A stretch of 64,000 nt of DNA. It comes from Kiritimatiellia bacterium (GTDB lineage: Bacteria > Verrucomicrobiota > Kiritimatiellia > JAAZAB01). The translations under genes were made by a program, and so were the position numbers. The notes under the pieces are model-generated. The model made no database searches, was not told the DNA's origin, and was given only the letters and a program-made list of their open reading frames with translations. Numbering within the stretch: position 1 is the first letter of the stretch; each line of letters opens with the position of its first letter. Below, in pieces: positions 20,104-29,738 of this stretch. The stretch is from the NCBI GenBank assembly GCA_040767085.1, contig JAXGPF010000010.1, forward strand, positions 1 to 64,000, given 5' to 3'.

Positions 20104-20847
20104 TCAAGAGCGGGTGGAAGACGGTCGTGATTCGCCGGCGGCCGCTGCGAGCATGGCGCGCAACTCTCCGGGCAGTTCCGGCCATGGCGGGTGATGGATG
20201 GACACCGGCCGTCGGCATACTGCGCTGAAATGTTCCGTCATCCTGGCGCGCACCGCCTCCGGGGCAGGGCACGTTTCCGGCAATAGCAGTTCCAGCGATG
20301 TCACGGCCTCCCCAACCAGGCCGCAGGGCACGATCGTCTGGAATCCGCCCAAATCCGGCCGGACATTGAAACTCATGCCATGCGAGGTAACCCAGCGCTT
20401 GAGGCGGATGCCGATGGCGGCTAATTTGCCCCGGTGGGTCCAGGCCCCGGTTTTGCCGGGGCGCCGAAACGCCGCGACGCCGAAATCCGCCGCGGTGCGG
20501 ATGGCGATTTCCTCCAGGTTATGCAAATAGCCATGCGCGTCGGCTTCATTTACGCCCAGGCGGATGATGGGGTAGATGATTACCTGGCCCAGCCCGTGAT
20601 AAGTGACGTCGCCGCCGCGGGTGGCATGCGCCATATCAATACCGCGCCGCGCCAATTCCGCGGGTGAGGCCAGCAGATGCCTGGCCTGCCCGCGGTTGCC
20701 CAGGGTGACGACAGGCGTATGCTCCAGGAAAAGCGCCATGTCCGGCAGTGTTTCGGCAATCCGCCGGCGCACCAGTTCGTCCTGCAAGCGCATTGCCGCC
20801 GGGTAGGGGACCGGAGCGTCAAACCAGATGGCCAGGGCGCTGTTCAT
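20104..20847 (-). CDS. lipB: Lipoyl(octanoyl) transferase
   Basis: LEHTPVVTLG, TRGGDVTYHG, KLAAIG, HGMSFNV and IVPCG motifs. Confidence 0.96.
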   Translation of the reverse strand: MNSALAIWFDAPVPYPAAMRLQDELVRRRIAETLPDMALFLEHTPVVTLGNRGQARHLLASPAELARRGIDMAHATRGGDVTYHGLGQVIIYPIIRLGVNEADAHGYLHNLEEIAIRTAADFGVAAFRRPGKTGAWTHRGKLAAIGIRLKRWVTSHGMSFNVRPDLGGFQTIVPCGLVGEAVTSLELLLPETCPAPEAVRARMTEHFSAVCRRPVSIHHPPWPELPGELRAMLAAAAGESRPSSTRS

Positions 20848-21224
20848 TCCGCCACGGCAATGACTTCCACTTCCACCAGGGCGCCCAACGGCAGGCCGGC
20901 TTGGACGGTGGTGCGCACGGGAGGCGGATTTGTGGCGAAATGGAGGTTATACACCTCGTTAAAGGTCGGGTAATCGGCAAGGTTGGCCAGAAACGCCGCC
21001 ACGCGCACAACGTGTTCAAATCCCATGCCCGCCGCGGCCAGCACTGCCGCAATGCTTTGGAATACCCGCTCGGATTGCTCGCGGATGCCGCCGGGTACGA
21101 TAGTGTGTTTTTCGGGATCCAAGGCAATCATGCCTTGCACGTACAGGGTGTTCCCCACCCGGATGCCCTGGGAATAACGCGCCACCGGCCGCGGCGCCTG
21201 GCTGGTTTGAATGACTGTTTTCAT
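20844..21224 (-). CDS. ridA: RidA/YjgF/UK114 enamine deaminase
   Basis: APRPVARYSQGI, FNEVY and PVRTTVQAGLPLGALVEVE motifs; start at MKTVIQ. Confidence 0.9.
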   Translation of the reverse strand: MKTVIQTSQAPRPVARYSQGIRVGNTLYVQGMIALDPEKHTIVPGGIREQSERVFQSIAAVLAAAGMGFEHVVRVAAFLANLADYPTFNEVYNLHFATNPPPVRTTVQAGLPLGALVEVEVIAVAE

Positions 21225-21244
21225 GCTTTTCCTTTCATAAATTG

Positions 21245-21500
21245 GAAAATTTACCGCAAAAGAACGCAAAGAACGCGAAAGGTCCAGATATTACCCCTCT
21301 GATCCTTTGCCCCTTTTCTGATTAACCACGAAGGACACGAAGAGCACGAAGCAAGCAATATCCACCACAAAAGAACGCAAAGAACGCGAAAGCGGAAATT
21401 TGCAAGTTTTAAGGTTTTCCGTTTTATGGTTTTACGACTGAAAACTGAACACTTTGATCCCTGGAGGGCGAATCTGTGGTGAGCCTTCTGTTCAAAATAT
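21245..21500. repeat. Mosaic repeat, reverse (B'-D'-C'-B'-A'-E')
   Basis: ~21320-21490 closely matches ~19850-20020. Confidence 0.92.
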
Positions 21501-22526
21501 TTAACTCTCAAATATCACCTTAATGGCCTGGCCGTTTTGGAACAAGTCGAATGCTTCCTGCCAGGCGCTGAGCGGGAACACGTGCGTAATCAACGGTTCC
21601 GTGCGGACTTTGCCGGAGGCGCAGAGTTCCAGGGCTTTTTCCCAACCGGTGAACTTTTGACTGAATGATCCCAGCAGCCGGATTTCCCGGTACAGCACCC
21701 GATCCAGATCGAAGGTGATTGGTTTGCCGAAAATGCCAATCTGGGTATAACTGCCTTCGCTTTTCAAAAGCGCCAGGCCCTGCTGCGCGGCGGCCGCCGC
21801 GCCGGAACATTCCAAAACACGGTCCAGACCGGCCCCGCCGCTGAGTTCGTTGACCAAGTCTTCCACCTGGCCGGCGGCGCAGACATGATCCGCGCCTAAA
21901 GCGCGGCCGATTTCCAGCCGGGCGCGGTCGCGTTCGGCGCCGGACAGGATCACCGTGCCGCCGTTGGCCTTGACGTATTGCAGGCAGAATAAACCCATCG
22001 GGCCGGGACCGCTCACGAGGACCAGGTCGCCGGCATTAATGCCGGTCAGTTCCTGGACGGCGTGGTATGCGCAGGCGGATGGATCAGTCAGCGCGCCGGA
22101 ACGGAAATCCACTATGTCCGGCAAGCGGTGAATGCGCGCGCGGGGCACAACCACATGGCTGGCGAAGGCGCCGTCGAAAGCGTAGCCGGTGGCAAGTCGC
22201 TTGCGGCACAAGTTGTAGCTGCCGTTGGCGCATTGCGGGCAGATGCCGCAATTATACCTGGTGTTTTCCGCCGTCACCCGCGCGCCGATTTCCAGGTCCG
22301 CCACGCCCGGCCCGAGGGCCGTCACCACACCGGCGAATTCATGCCCCGGAATGACCGGAAAGCGCATCGGAATGCCGATGTCGCCCTTGCGGATGTGCAG
22401 GTCCGAGCCGCAGATGGAAGCGGCGCGCACGGCGATTTGCACCTCGCCGGCGCCGGGTTGCGGCACCGGGACTTCACGCAATTCCATGTTGCCCTGGCCG
22501 GGGGCGAATTTGACCAATGCCTGCAT
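21501..22526 (-). CDS. Zinc-binding alcohol/polyol dehydrogenase (sorbitol dehydrogenase-like)
   Basis: ICGSDLH, GHEFAG, CxxCxxCx7C zinc site and GPGPMG motif; start at MQALVKF. Confidence 0.92.
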   Translation of the reverse strand: MQALVKFAPGQGNMELREVPVPQPGAGEVQIAVRAASICGSDLHIRKGDIGIPMRFPVIPGHEFAGVVTALGPGVADLEIGARVTAENTRYNCGICPQCANGSYNLCRKRLATGYAFDGAFASHVVVPRARIHRLPDIVDFRSGALTDPSACAYHAVQELTGINAGDLVLVSGPGPMGLFCLQYVKANGGTVILSGAERDRARLEIGRALGADHVCAAGQVEDLVNELSGGAGLDRVLECSGAAAAAQQGLALLKSEGSYTQIGIFGKPITFDLDRVLYREIRLLGSFSQKFTGWEKALELCASGKVRTEPLITHVFPLSAWQEAFDLFQNGQAIKVIFES

Positions 22527-22644
22527 ATGGGTCTCCTGCAGTTCGAATTGTTCCTGGTTTTGCCGCCGGCGCGATTCTGTCCAAATCGGCATGTTTACCA
22601 TAACCTGAGCAAGCCCGGGTGTCAACGGAGAACGCAATTGCGGG

Positions 22645-22830
22645 ATACAGAGGGCACGAAGGGCGGGAAATTCACCGCAAATGAACGCAAAGATCGCGAA
22701 AGCGGAAATTCAGAATTTAACCACGAAGGACACGAAGATCACGAAGGGTGGGAAAGTCACCGCAAAGAAGGCAAAGATCGCGAAAGGTCCAGATACTGTG
22801 CCTCTGTGCCTTTGCCCTCTCCCGCCCCTC
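22645..22830. repeat. Mosaic repeat, reverse (degenerate C'-B'-C'-B'-D')
   Basis: TTTAACCACGAAGGACACGAAGATCACGAAGGG at ~22716; two CACCGCAAA..GCAAAGATCGCGAAAG copies. Confidence 0.88.
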
Positions 22831-22835
22831 TTCCC

Positions 22836-23507
22836 TCAGTTGACTTCGTCGTAAAACGCGTGCGCCAGCAACTGGCAGCCGGCATCGTTCGGATGCAGGC
22901 CGTCAATGGACATATAGCCCGGGTCATGGTTGAATTCGGCCGCCGCGTCCACCAGCCAGGCGCCTTCCTCATTCGCCAGGTTGCGGATGGCGTTGCTCAG
23001 GCGCTGTTCGCCGCTGTCCCAGAGATCGTAATTGCCGGTCATGGGCGTCAATGTGGAAATCACCGGCACGGTCTTGTTGTTCTTCGCCGCCTGGATGATG
23101 TAACGCAGATTGCCGATGGTGGTCGCCTGGTCCCGGCCGTGCAGCAGATCGTTGGCACCGTAAAGGATCAACAGGTATCCCGGTTTATGGCGGGCGAGCA
23201 CGCTGTTCACCCGGCCGGCGCCGCCGCCGCTGGTTTCGCCGCCGTTGCCTTCATTGATGACCGTCTGACCCAACATCCCGGCCAGCCGGGGCGGGTAGGG
23301 CGCGACCCCGTAATTGATGTCGCCGGTAATGCTGTCGCCCAACGCCACGTAAACGTTCGGATCGTTATCGCCGAAATCAACCGAGGCTTTATCGTGCTTG
23401 CTGCCGCCTCCGCTGCTTTCGCATCCGGCGCCGCCCAGCAACAGCATGGCGGCGAGGCATGTTACTCCAATCAAACTGAAATTAACCATCCGGCGCCCAG
23501 ACTTCAT
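22836..23507 (-). CDS. SGNH/GDSL hydrolase, probable lipoprotein
   Basis: ALGDSIT, INEGNGG, YGANDL and DGLHPN catalytic blocks; hydrophobic N-terminus ending in GAGC. Confidence 0.88.
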   Translation of the reverse strand: MKSGRRMVNFSLIGVTCLAAMLLLGGAGCESSGGGSKHDKASVDFGDNDPNVYVALGDSITGDINYGVAPYPPRLAGMLGQTVINEGNGGETSGGGAGRVNSVLARHKPGYLLILYGANDLLHGRDQATTIGNLRYIIQAAKNNKTVPVISTLTPMTGNYDLWDSGEQRLSNAIRNLANEEGAWLVDAAAEFNHDPGYMSIDGLHPNDAGCQLLAHAFYDEVN

Positions 23508-23640
23508 ATGTTCTCCATTCGATGAGATTTTTTCCAGTAGAGACTTGCAAGACTGCCGCCGCCTGCTACGTTTACGCTTCAAACTTAACAGGCGTTAATT
23601 AATAAAATTGCATTTTATTGTCAAGCAATTTGTATGTAGC

Positions 23641-25026
23641 TGTCGTAAACAAATGACTTGGCCGCATAATTAACAAATGATTTGTCCGCTTAAAGCTGTC
23701 AGGATGGTGCATTCAAAGGGGGGTTATATGGATGAATATCCGAAGGCAGCACTGGAGCGGGCAATGAAGGTACAGGAAGTGATCTTGCGTGCGATTGAAG
23801 GGCGGTTAATGTGGTGGGAGGCGGCGGAGATACTAGGTGTGAGCTACCGGACCATGCGGCGCTGGAAAGGGCGCTACGAGCGGTATGGTTACGACGGGCT
23901 GCTGGATCGTCGGCGGAAGATACCGGGGCCGCGGCGCGTGCCCCTTGCGACGGTGAAGCAGGTGCTGAGGTTGTACCGAGAAGAATACATGGATTTCAAT
24001 GTGAGGCATTTTCACGAGAAGCTGCAGGCGGAGCATGGGATCGAGCTCAGTTATCAGTGGGTCAAGAGCGCCTTGCAGACGGCCGGGTTGGTGGCGAAGG
24101 CCCGGAAACGAGGGCCGCATCGGCAGCAGCGGGAACGGCGACCAATGGCGGGGATGATGTTGATGGTGGATGGCAGCACCCATGCCTGGTTGCCCCTGCT
24201 GGCGGGCCAGAAGCAGGATCTGATCCTGGTGATGGACGATGCCACCAGCGAAGTCTACACGGCCTATCTTGTGCCCCAGGAAGGGACATTAACGGTGATG
24301 AAGGGGTTGAAAGAAGTCATTATTAAACATGGGGTTTTCTGCAGTCTGTACACGGATCGTGGCAGTCATTTCTTTTATACGCCCAAAGAAGGCGGGGCGG
24401 TGGACCGGCGTCAATTGACGCAAATTGGACGGGCGTTGCAACAGTTGGGGATCGAACATATTCCGAGCTATAGCCCCCAGGGACGTGGGCGAATAGAGCG
24501 GATGTTTAAGACCTGGCAAGGGCGCCTGCCGCAGGAATTAAGGCAGGCGGGAATCCGGACGATGGCCGAGGCCAACGTCTATATTCAACAACAGTTTCTG
24601 CCTTCCTTCAATCGCAACATGAAGGTGAAGGCGCGGGAAACAGGAACGTGTTTCGTGCCTTGCGGTGAGCAGGATTTGGACAGCATTTTCTGTGTGCAGC
24701 ATGCGCGAGAGGTTCAAAATGACAATACCGTGGCTGTCGGGAGTCGCCGCTTGCAGATTGGACCATCAAAATGGCGTTTCAGCTTCGCCAAGTGCCGGGT
24801 TAAAGTCTGCGAGCACCTCGATGGCACGGTGTCCATCCGTTATGGCCCGCATGTGGTTGGCCGCTACCAAGGACCGTTGAACATTTCGGCGTCGCTGGAG
24901 GACGTCGCATAAACTTTTTCCTCCCCCGCGGGGGAGGAAAATCCTCACCCCAGGAGCAACAACACACAATAACAAATCGGACAGATCACTTGTTACAAAA
25001 AGCGGACACTTGACTTGTTACGAACA
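23641..25026 (+). mobile_element. Insertion sequence, IS1202-like (formerly ISNCY), 1386 bp, with a 16-bp target site duplication
   Basis: Ends TGT...ACA. Each end carries two TAACAARTGA..TGTCCG-like motifs in inverted orientation. GCAATTTGTATGTAGC is duplicated at 23625-23640 and 25027-25042. Confidence 0.9.
23728..24912 (+). CDS. DDE transposase (IS1202/IS481-related)
   Basis: N-terminal HTH (EAAEILGVSYRTMRRW); MVDGSTHAW, MDDATS, LYTDRGSHF and PQGRGRIERMFKTWQGRL motifs; start probably MDEYPK after a GGGGG RBS-like run. Confidence 0.93.
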   Translation: MDEYPKAALERAMKVQEVILRAIEGRLMWWEAAEILGVSYRTMRRWKGRYERYGYDGLLDRRRKIPGPRRVPLATVKQVLRLYREEYMDFNVRHFHEKLQAEHGIELSYQWVKSALQTAGLVAKARKRGPHRQQRERRPMAGMMLMVDGSTHAWLPLLAGQKQDLILVMDDATSEVYTAYLVPQEGTLTVMKGLKEVIIKHGVFCSLYTDRGSHFFYTPKEGGAVDRRQLTQIGRALQQLGIEHIPSYSPQGRGRIERMFKTWQGRLPQELRQAGIRTMAEANVYIQQQFLPSFNRNMKVKARETGTCFVPCGEQDLDSIFCVQHAREVQNDNTVAVGSRRLQIGPSKWRFSFAKCRVKVCEHLDGTVSIRYGPHVVGRYQGPLNISASLEDVA

Positions 25027-25070
25027 GCAATTTGTATGTAGCAATTTGCATGAAGGCAATCTGTAGAGCC

Positions 25071-26105
25071 TCACGGACTCAGGACTATCCGGAGCCGTTC
25101 GACTTCCGCCGGCGGCAGCGGCAACACTTCCAGGGGCCTGGCCGCTTCACCCGGCGACTGCACCAGCATGGCCGCCGGCTGTCCCGTCGGATGATCGCTG
25201 TAACGCGCGCAAACCGCGGCGGCCAGGGATATTTCCGCCGGCCCGGCGCCCGCCGCTAAAATGCCGGAGGCGCCCGGCGCCCCGGCGGGGCGGATCAGGA
25301 TTTCACCGGGATGGATGCCTTGTTCCAGCCGTCGGTTTTCCTCCTGGTTGCGGCCGATGATTAACCGCAGTCCATGGGAACACTCACCGGCAGGCAGCCG
25401 GAAATGGCGGCCAAGCTGCAGCCGCCGGATGAAAGCCAGGTTGTGCAATCCCTCATGATCGCGCAAATCCCGTAATTTTCCGGCATAGGTCCGATCCGTC
25501 AGCAGGCAGCCGCCGGCCGGCTGCGGGTAGGAACGGATGCCGAATTTCTCGGCCAGGGCCATCTGGGGCTTGCGATTGCGTCCTTCCAATCCCAGCAGGC
25601 GTGCACGGTCAACTAAACCGGTTGTTTCCGGCCGGGTCGGCGGCAGGAGCAGGGCGCTGAGCGGACGCAGCAACACGTCGGCGTGGCCGGATTCCCGGGC
25701 GACAATCTGCAGCGCCTGCCGGTTCTGCGACATGGGGCGCTGGTTCAAAACCTCGCCGGAAACCAGGAAATCCAGGCCGCGTTCGCGCATGATCGCGCCG
25801 GCTTGCCGGAACATGGCGGCATGGCAATCAATGCACGGATTCAGTCCGCTGCCGAATCCATGCGGGGGATGATCCAGCAGCTTGACAATCTGCGGTGTAA
25901 AATCTTCAACCTGTAACGGCAAATCCAGTTGCTGCGCCGCCTTGATGGCTGCGTTGGCATTAAAAAACGGGCTGGTAAAAGAAATGCCCGCGACTGCCAC
26001 GCCCTGGGCGCGCAGGAGGCAGACGGCCAGTTGGCTGTCCAGGCCCCCCGAAAATAAGGCCAGCGCCCGCGCCGGCAGCCGATGTTCTGGATGATTTGAA
26101 ATCAT
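25071..26105 (-). CDS. PP-loop tRNA sulfurtransferase-like protein (ThiI/MnmA-related, with a DUF814-like C-terminus)
   Basis: LFSGGLDS PP-loop, NPCIDCH, GEVLNQRPMSQ, PAGGCLLT and IIGRNQEEN motifs. Confidence 0.85.
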   Translation of the reverse strand: MISNHPEHRLPARALALFSGGLDSQLAVCLLRAQGVAVAGISFTSPFFNANAAIKAAQQLDLPLQVEDFTPQIVKLLDHPPHGFGSGLNPCIDCHAAMFRQAGAIMRERGLDFLVSGEVLNQRPMSQNRQALQIVARESGHADVLLRPLSALLLPPTRPETTGLVDRARLLGLEGRNRKPQMALAEKFGIRSYPQPAGGCLLTDRTYAGKLRDLRDHEGLHNLAFIRRLQLGRHFRLPAGECSHGLRLIIGRNQEENRRLEQGIHPGEILIRPAGAPGASGILAAGAGPAEISLAAAVCARYSDHPTGQPAAMLVQSPGEAARPLEVLPLPPAEVERLRIVLSP

Positions 26106-26269
26106 TGCATGAGATTATAACGCATGACGTGAAAAGTCACAGTTTAATTTGCTTGCCTTGCCGGCAATTCTAATTAGTATTATAACTTTAATGAATGGCA
26201 TGCCGATGTCGTTCTGAAATTACGGGTGCATTGGCGGGCGATCCAGCGGCTATTAACGCGTGGAGTTAC

Positions 26270-27382
26270 ATGTCAAAAAAAATTGTTAATGTGGGATTTG
26301 TGGGCGTGGGGAATTTCGTGGCCGGGCATCATTTGCCGAATGTGCAGGCCAATCCTGGATTGCATATCCGGGCGTTGTGCGATTTGAACCGGGACTTGCT
26401 GGCGCAGCGCCAGGCGCAATTCGGCGGGGATTATGTCACCACTGACGCCGACCGCGTATTCCAGGATCCGTCGGTGGACCTGGTGATCATCGGCACCCGG
26501 CACGATCAGCATGCCCCGCTCAGCATCCGCGCCGCGCAGGCCGGCAAGGATGTTTTTTGCGAGAAACCCATGGCGCATACCCTCGACCAGATGGCCGAGG
26601 TGGTGCGGGTGATGCGCCAGACTGGACGGCGTTACATGGTAGGGCACAACCGGCGCTTTGCCCCGGCCATGCAGGCGGCTAAAAAAATCATTGCCGGCCG
26701 GCCCCGTCCGGTCATGGCGCTGTACCGGATCGTGGACAATGCGGAATTATGGCCGGCCTGGCCGATGCAGCCGGAAAACGGCGGCAAAATATTGAATGAA
26801 TGCTGCCATATCTTCGATCTGCTGGCCTGGCTGCTGGATACCGAGCCGGTGCGCGTCCATTGCCTGGGCGAGTTAAGCGACAACAACATTGTGGCGCTGA
26901 ATTACAGCGACGGCAGCATTGCCACCGTGGTTTCCGGCGGCCTGGGGAGCGACCAGTACCCCAAGGAGTTGTTGGAAGTGTTCTGCGGCGGCGCGACCGT
27001 GGCGGTGGATAACTTTTTACAGTTGAAGGTGAACGGGATCGAAGGGGCGGGGGCCGACCAGTTCTTCCCGTACAAGGAGGACCGCTGGGGCGATGGCATC
27101 AGCGATCGCGGCTCGGAGGGGTTCCGCCAGCGGATGAGCGTCTGGCGGCAAAACATGAACCCCGAGGATTTTGCCAAAAAATATTATTACAACCTGCCGG
27201 CCTTGGATAAAGGGCATTACCACGAAATTGACTGTTTCGCCGATTGCATCCGGCGCAATGCGCCGTTGCCGGTGTCGGCGGTGGATGGGGCGCGCGCCAC
27301 GATCTGCAGTCTGAAGGCCATTGAATCCATCAAATCCGGACTGCCGGTGGCGATTGTGCCGGCGGATTATTTCATGGAATAA
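26270..27382 (+). CDS. Gfo/Idh/MocA family oxidoreductase
   Basis: VGFVGVG, GKDVFCEKPMA, VGHNRRF and ECCHIFD motifs; GGAG RBS before MSKK. Confidence 0.93.
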   Translation: MSKKIVNVGFVGVGNFVAGHHLPNVQANPGLHIRALCDLNRDLLAQRQAQFGGDYVTTDADRVFQDPSVDLVIIGTRHDQHAPLSIRAAQAGKDVFCEKPMAHTLDQMAEVVRVMRQTGRRYMVGHNRRFAPAMQAAKKIIAGRPRPVMALYRIVDNAELWPAWPMQPENGGKILNECCHIFDLLAWLLDTEPVRVHCLGELSDNNIVALNYSDGSIATVVSGGLGSDQYPKELLEVFCGGATVAVDNFLQLKVNGIEGAGADQFFPYKEDRWGDGISDRGSEGFRQRMSVWRQNMNPEDFAKKYYYNLPALDKGHYHEIDCFADCIRRNAPLPVSAVDGARATICSLKAIESIKSGLPVAIVPADYFME

Positions 27383-27431
27383 GGAATGACCCGGAAGGCG
27401 CGCTACAAATTCGCCTTCCAGTTGTTTGAAT

Positions 27432-29651
27432 ATGTTCAAGCAACCCTTTAATTTAGCGCGCGGGCTGGCCGTGGCGCTGGCCGTGGCCGGCAACGCCGGC
27501 GCTTTGGCCGCCATGCCGGACCTGGTGCCGATGCCCAAGTTGTACGAGCCGACAGCCGGCGAATTTATCGTCAGCGGCGTGCCGGTTTATGCCGAACCCG
27601 GGAGCCGGCAGTGTGAGATCGGAGCAGCGGATGTAATCGCGCGGATCGGCGAACTGGGTGGGGCGCCGGGTATATTGGCTCCGGCAACGGAGATGGCAGC
27701 GCCAGGAATATATGTCTTGGCTGCCGGAGGTGCGGCGGGCGCCGCTTGCATCCGGGAACTGGATTTAAAGGTCACAGCGAAGGATCCCGGCCCGCAGGGC
27801 TACATCATTCATCCGGCGGGTAACCGGCTCCTGGTCATCGGCAGCGATGCCGTTGGCGCGCTTTACGGCGCCATGACCCTGCGGCAGATGCTGCGGGCGG
27901 CCGGCAGCGGCCGCGTGGAGATTGCCGCGGCCCGCGTTTACGACAAGCCGGATTACCGTTACCGGTCGGCCATGTCCTGCGGCCGCGGCCTGCGTCAATG
28001 GACCTTCGGCGAAACAAACGCGCTGGCGGGTTACCGGGCGGGGCTGGACTGGCTGATGCGTTTCAAGATCAACCTGCTGACGGACTACGAATCCTTGATC
28101 AGTTCCCGCGCCGACCCGCGTGCGATCAGCCCGGAAACCCGGACATTCGTCCGAGAACTGAATCGTTACGCGGCGGAGCGCGGCATTTACCCGCTCCTGT
28201 GGCGCACGACCAGCATCGGCGTCGGCCGGTTCGACGCTGAAAGCCTGGAATTCCGGAATTGGGATTGCCTGGCCCAGGCCGGTCCCGCCGGCGATATATA
28301 TTACTGCTGGTCGCGCGACGACCAGGCGCGCCGGAACATCGCGCGGGTCATGCAGCTTTTCAACGATTGCGGTTTTAAAATCCTGGCGCTGCATCCGGTG
28401 GACGGCGGCGGCATCGTGGACCCGGAAACCTGGAGCCGGCGCTGCCGGGAATGCCGCCGCCGGTTCGGCAACGACCGTTGGCGCGGGAGCGTGCACCAGT
28501 ACGGTTTGTGGCTGGAGGCTTTTAAGAATGCCGCCCCGCCCGATGCGCTGTTCACCTCCTGCATTTATCCCTACAACGCCAATTATGCCGATTTTGGCAA
28601 TTTCAAGGCGCCCGAGGCATTGTGGCGCAAAAACAGCCTGGAGTACTGGCGGCAGGTGCATGCGGGCATCGATCCGGCGGCGATCCCGATGAGTTGGATG
28701 GCGCACCCGGCGCATATGCGGGTTTACCGCGATATTTTCGCCGGGCGGCCTCTGTTCATTTATGCCCATAGTTTCATCCCCGCCGGGTATTTCGGGGCGT
28801 GGCACCGCCTTAATGGCAGTAATTACACCGGCGATCCGCACGACCTGTTCTATATCGCCGCCGGCAATTACCAGCACGATCGCTGGCTGAATGTAATTTG
28901 TTCTGGCGAATACGCCTGGAACACCGCGGCGCCGGGCAGCGCTGTCTTCCGCGGCTGGTATTACGATATGGAGCGCGACCACCGCGAACCGCGTGTCATC
29001 TTCGAGGAGTGGGTCCCGCGCGCCTGCCGCGCGTTTTTCGGGACGGAATTAGGTGAATTGCTGGCGCCGGTATTCCAGGCCGGCGTTTTGCATGCCTATA
29101 TCATGAATCCGTACGCCGCCCTGGCGAACGCCAACAAGCAGCGCCGGCGGCCGCTGGCCGATGTTAACCCGGAAGAGCCGGACAGCGCCGGCGATGCGGC
29201 GTCGGCCCCGGAATTGCGCGACAGCGCCGGGCGCATGGCGGAGCAGATTGATGCCACTGCCCGCGCCTGGACCGCCCTGCAGTCGGCTTATCTCCGCCGC
29301 GCCGAGGTGGATGCGTACCGCCGCCGCATCCTGGTGCATTATTACCGGCGCATGCCGCTCTGGCGGCTGACGGCCCGCGCGCGGCACGCAATCAATGCCG
29401 CCGATGAGTGCGAGAAGGCCGGCAACCCGGCCGGCGCGCGTCGGGCGCTCTCGGAAGGATTGATCAATTTCGAGGAAGATTGGCGGGTGGCGGAGCAGGC
29501 GCTGGAGCAGACCCGCGATGAAAAGGATATGACGCCCGTGCCGCCTCTGCACAAGCGCGGCGACATCCGGCCGACGCCGGCGGAATTGAAGCGCGCGCTG
29601 GAAAAGCGGCTGGCGGGCGTGGCGGCAGCGTTAAAGCCAGCCGGCCAGTGA
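27432..29651 (+). CDS. Secreted protein with a GH20 zincin-like N-terminal domain (possible GH84/GH20-related glycoside hydrolase)
   Basis: Signal peptide; LVPMPK, PQGYII, VIGSDAVGALYGAMTLRQML and DKPDYRYR motifs, EYAWN later. Start uncertain (27426 or 27432). Confidence 0.7.
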   Translation: MFKQPFNLARGLAVALAVAGNAGALAAMPDLVPMPKLYEPTAGEFIVSGVPVYAEPGSRQCEIGAADVIARIGELGGAPGILAPATEMAAPGIYVLAAGGAAGAACIRELDLKVTAKDPGPQGYIIHPAGNRLLVIGSDAVGALYGAMTLRQMLRAAGSGRVEIAAARVYDKPDYRYRSAMSCGRGLRQWTFGETNALAGYRAGLDWLMRFKINLLTDYESLISSRADPRAISPETRTFVRELNRYAAERGIYPLLWRTTSIGVGRFDAESLEFRNWDCLAQAGPAGDIYYCWSRDDQARRNIARVMQLFNDCGFKILALHPVDGGGIVDPETWSRRCRECRRRFGNDRWRGSVHQYGLWLEAFKNAAPPDALFTSCIYPYNANYADFGNFKAPEALWRKNSLEYWRQVHAGIDPAAIPMSWMAHPAHMRVYRDIFAGRPLFIYAHSFIPAGYFGAWHRLNGSNYTGDPHDLFYIAAGNYQHDRWLNVICSGEYAWNTAAPGSAVFRGWYYDMERDHREPRVIFEEWVPRACRAFFGTELGELLAPVFQAGVLHAYIMNPYAALANANKQRRRPLADVNPEEPDSAGDAASAPELRDSAGRMAEQIDATARAWTALQSAYLRRAEVDAYRRRILVHYYRRMPLWRLTARARHAINAADECEKAGNPAGARRALSEGLINFEEDWRVAEQALEQTRDEKDMTPVPPLHKRGDIRPTPAELKRALEKRLAGVAAALKPAGQ

Positions 29652-29738
29652 CCACGTCGGGTGAGACTGGCGTCGTGTTTGCCCTCTGTTTTAATCTGTC
29701 AGATAAATTAAACGTGCGGTGCAACTTAAGGTGACAAT

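Noticed and set aside
22062-23525. 487-aa + strand ORF
   Set aside because: Antisense to two well-supported genes and passes through a repeat; a shadow ORF typical of high-GC DNA.
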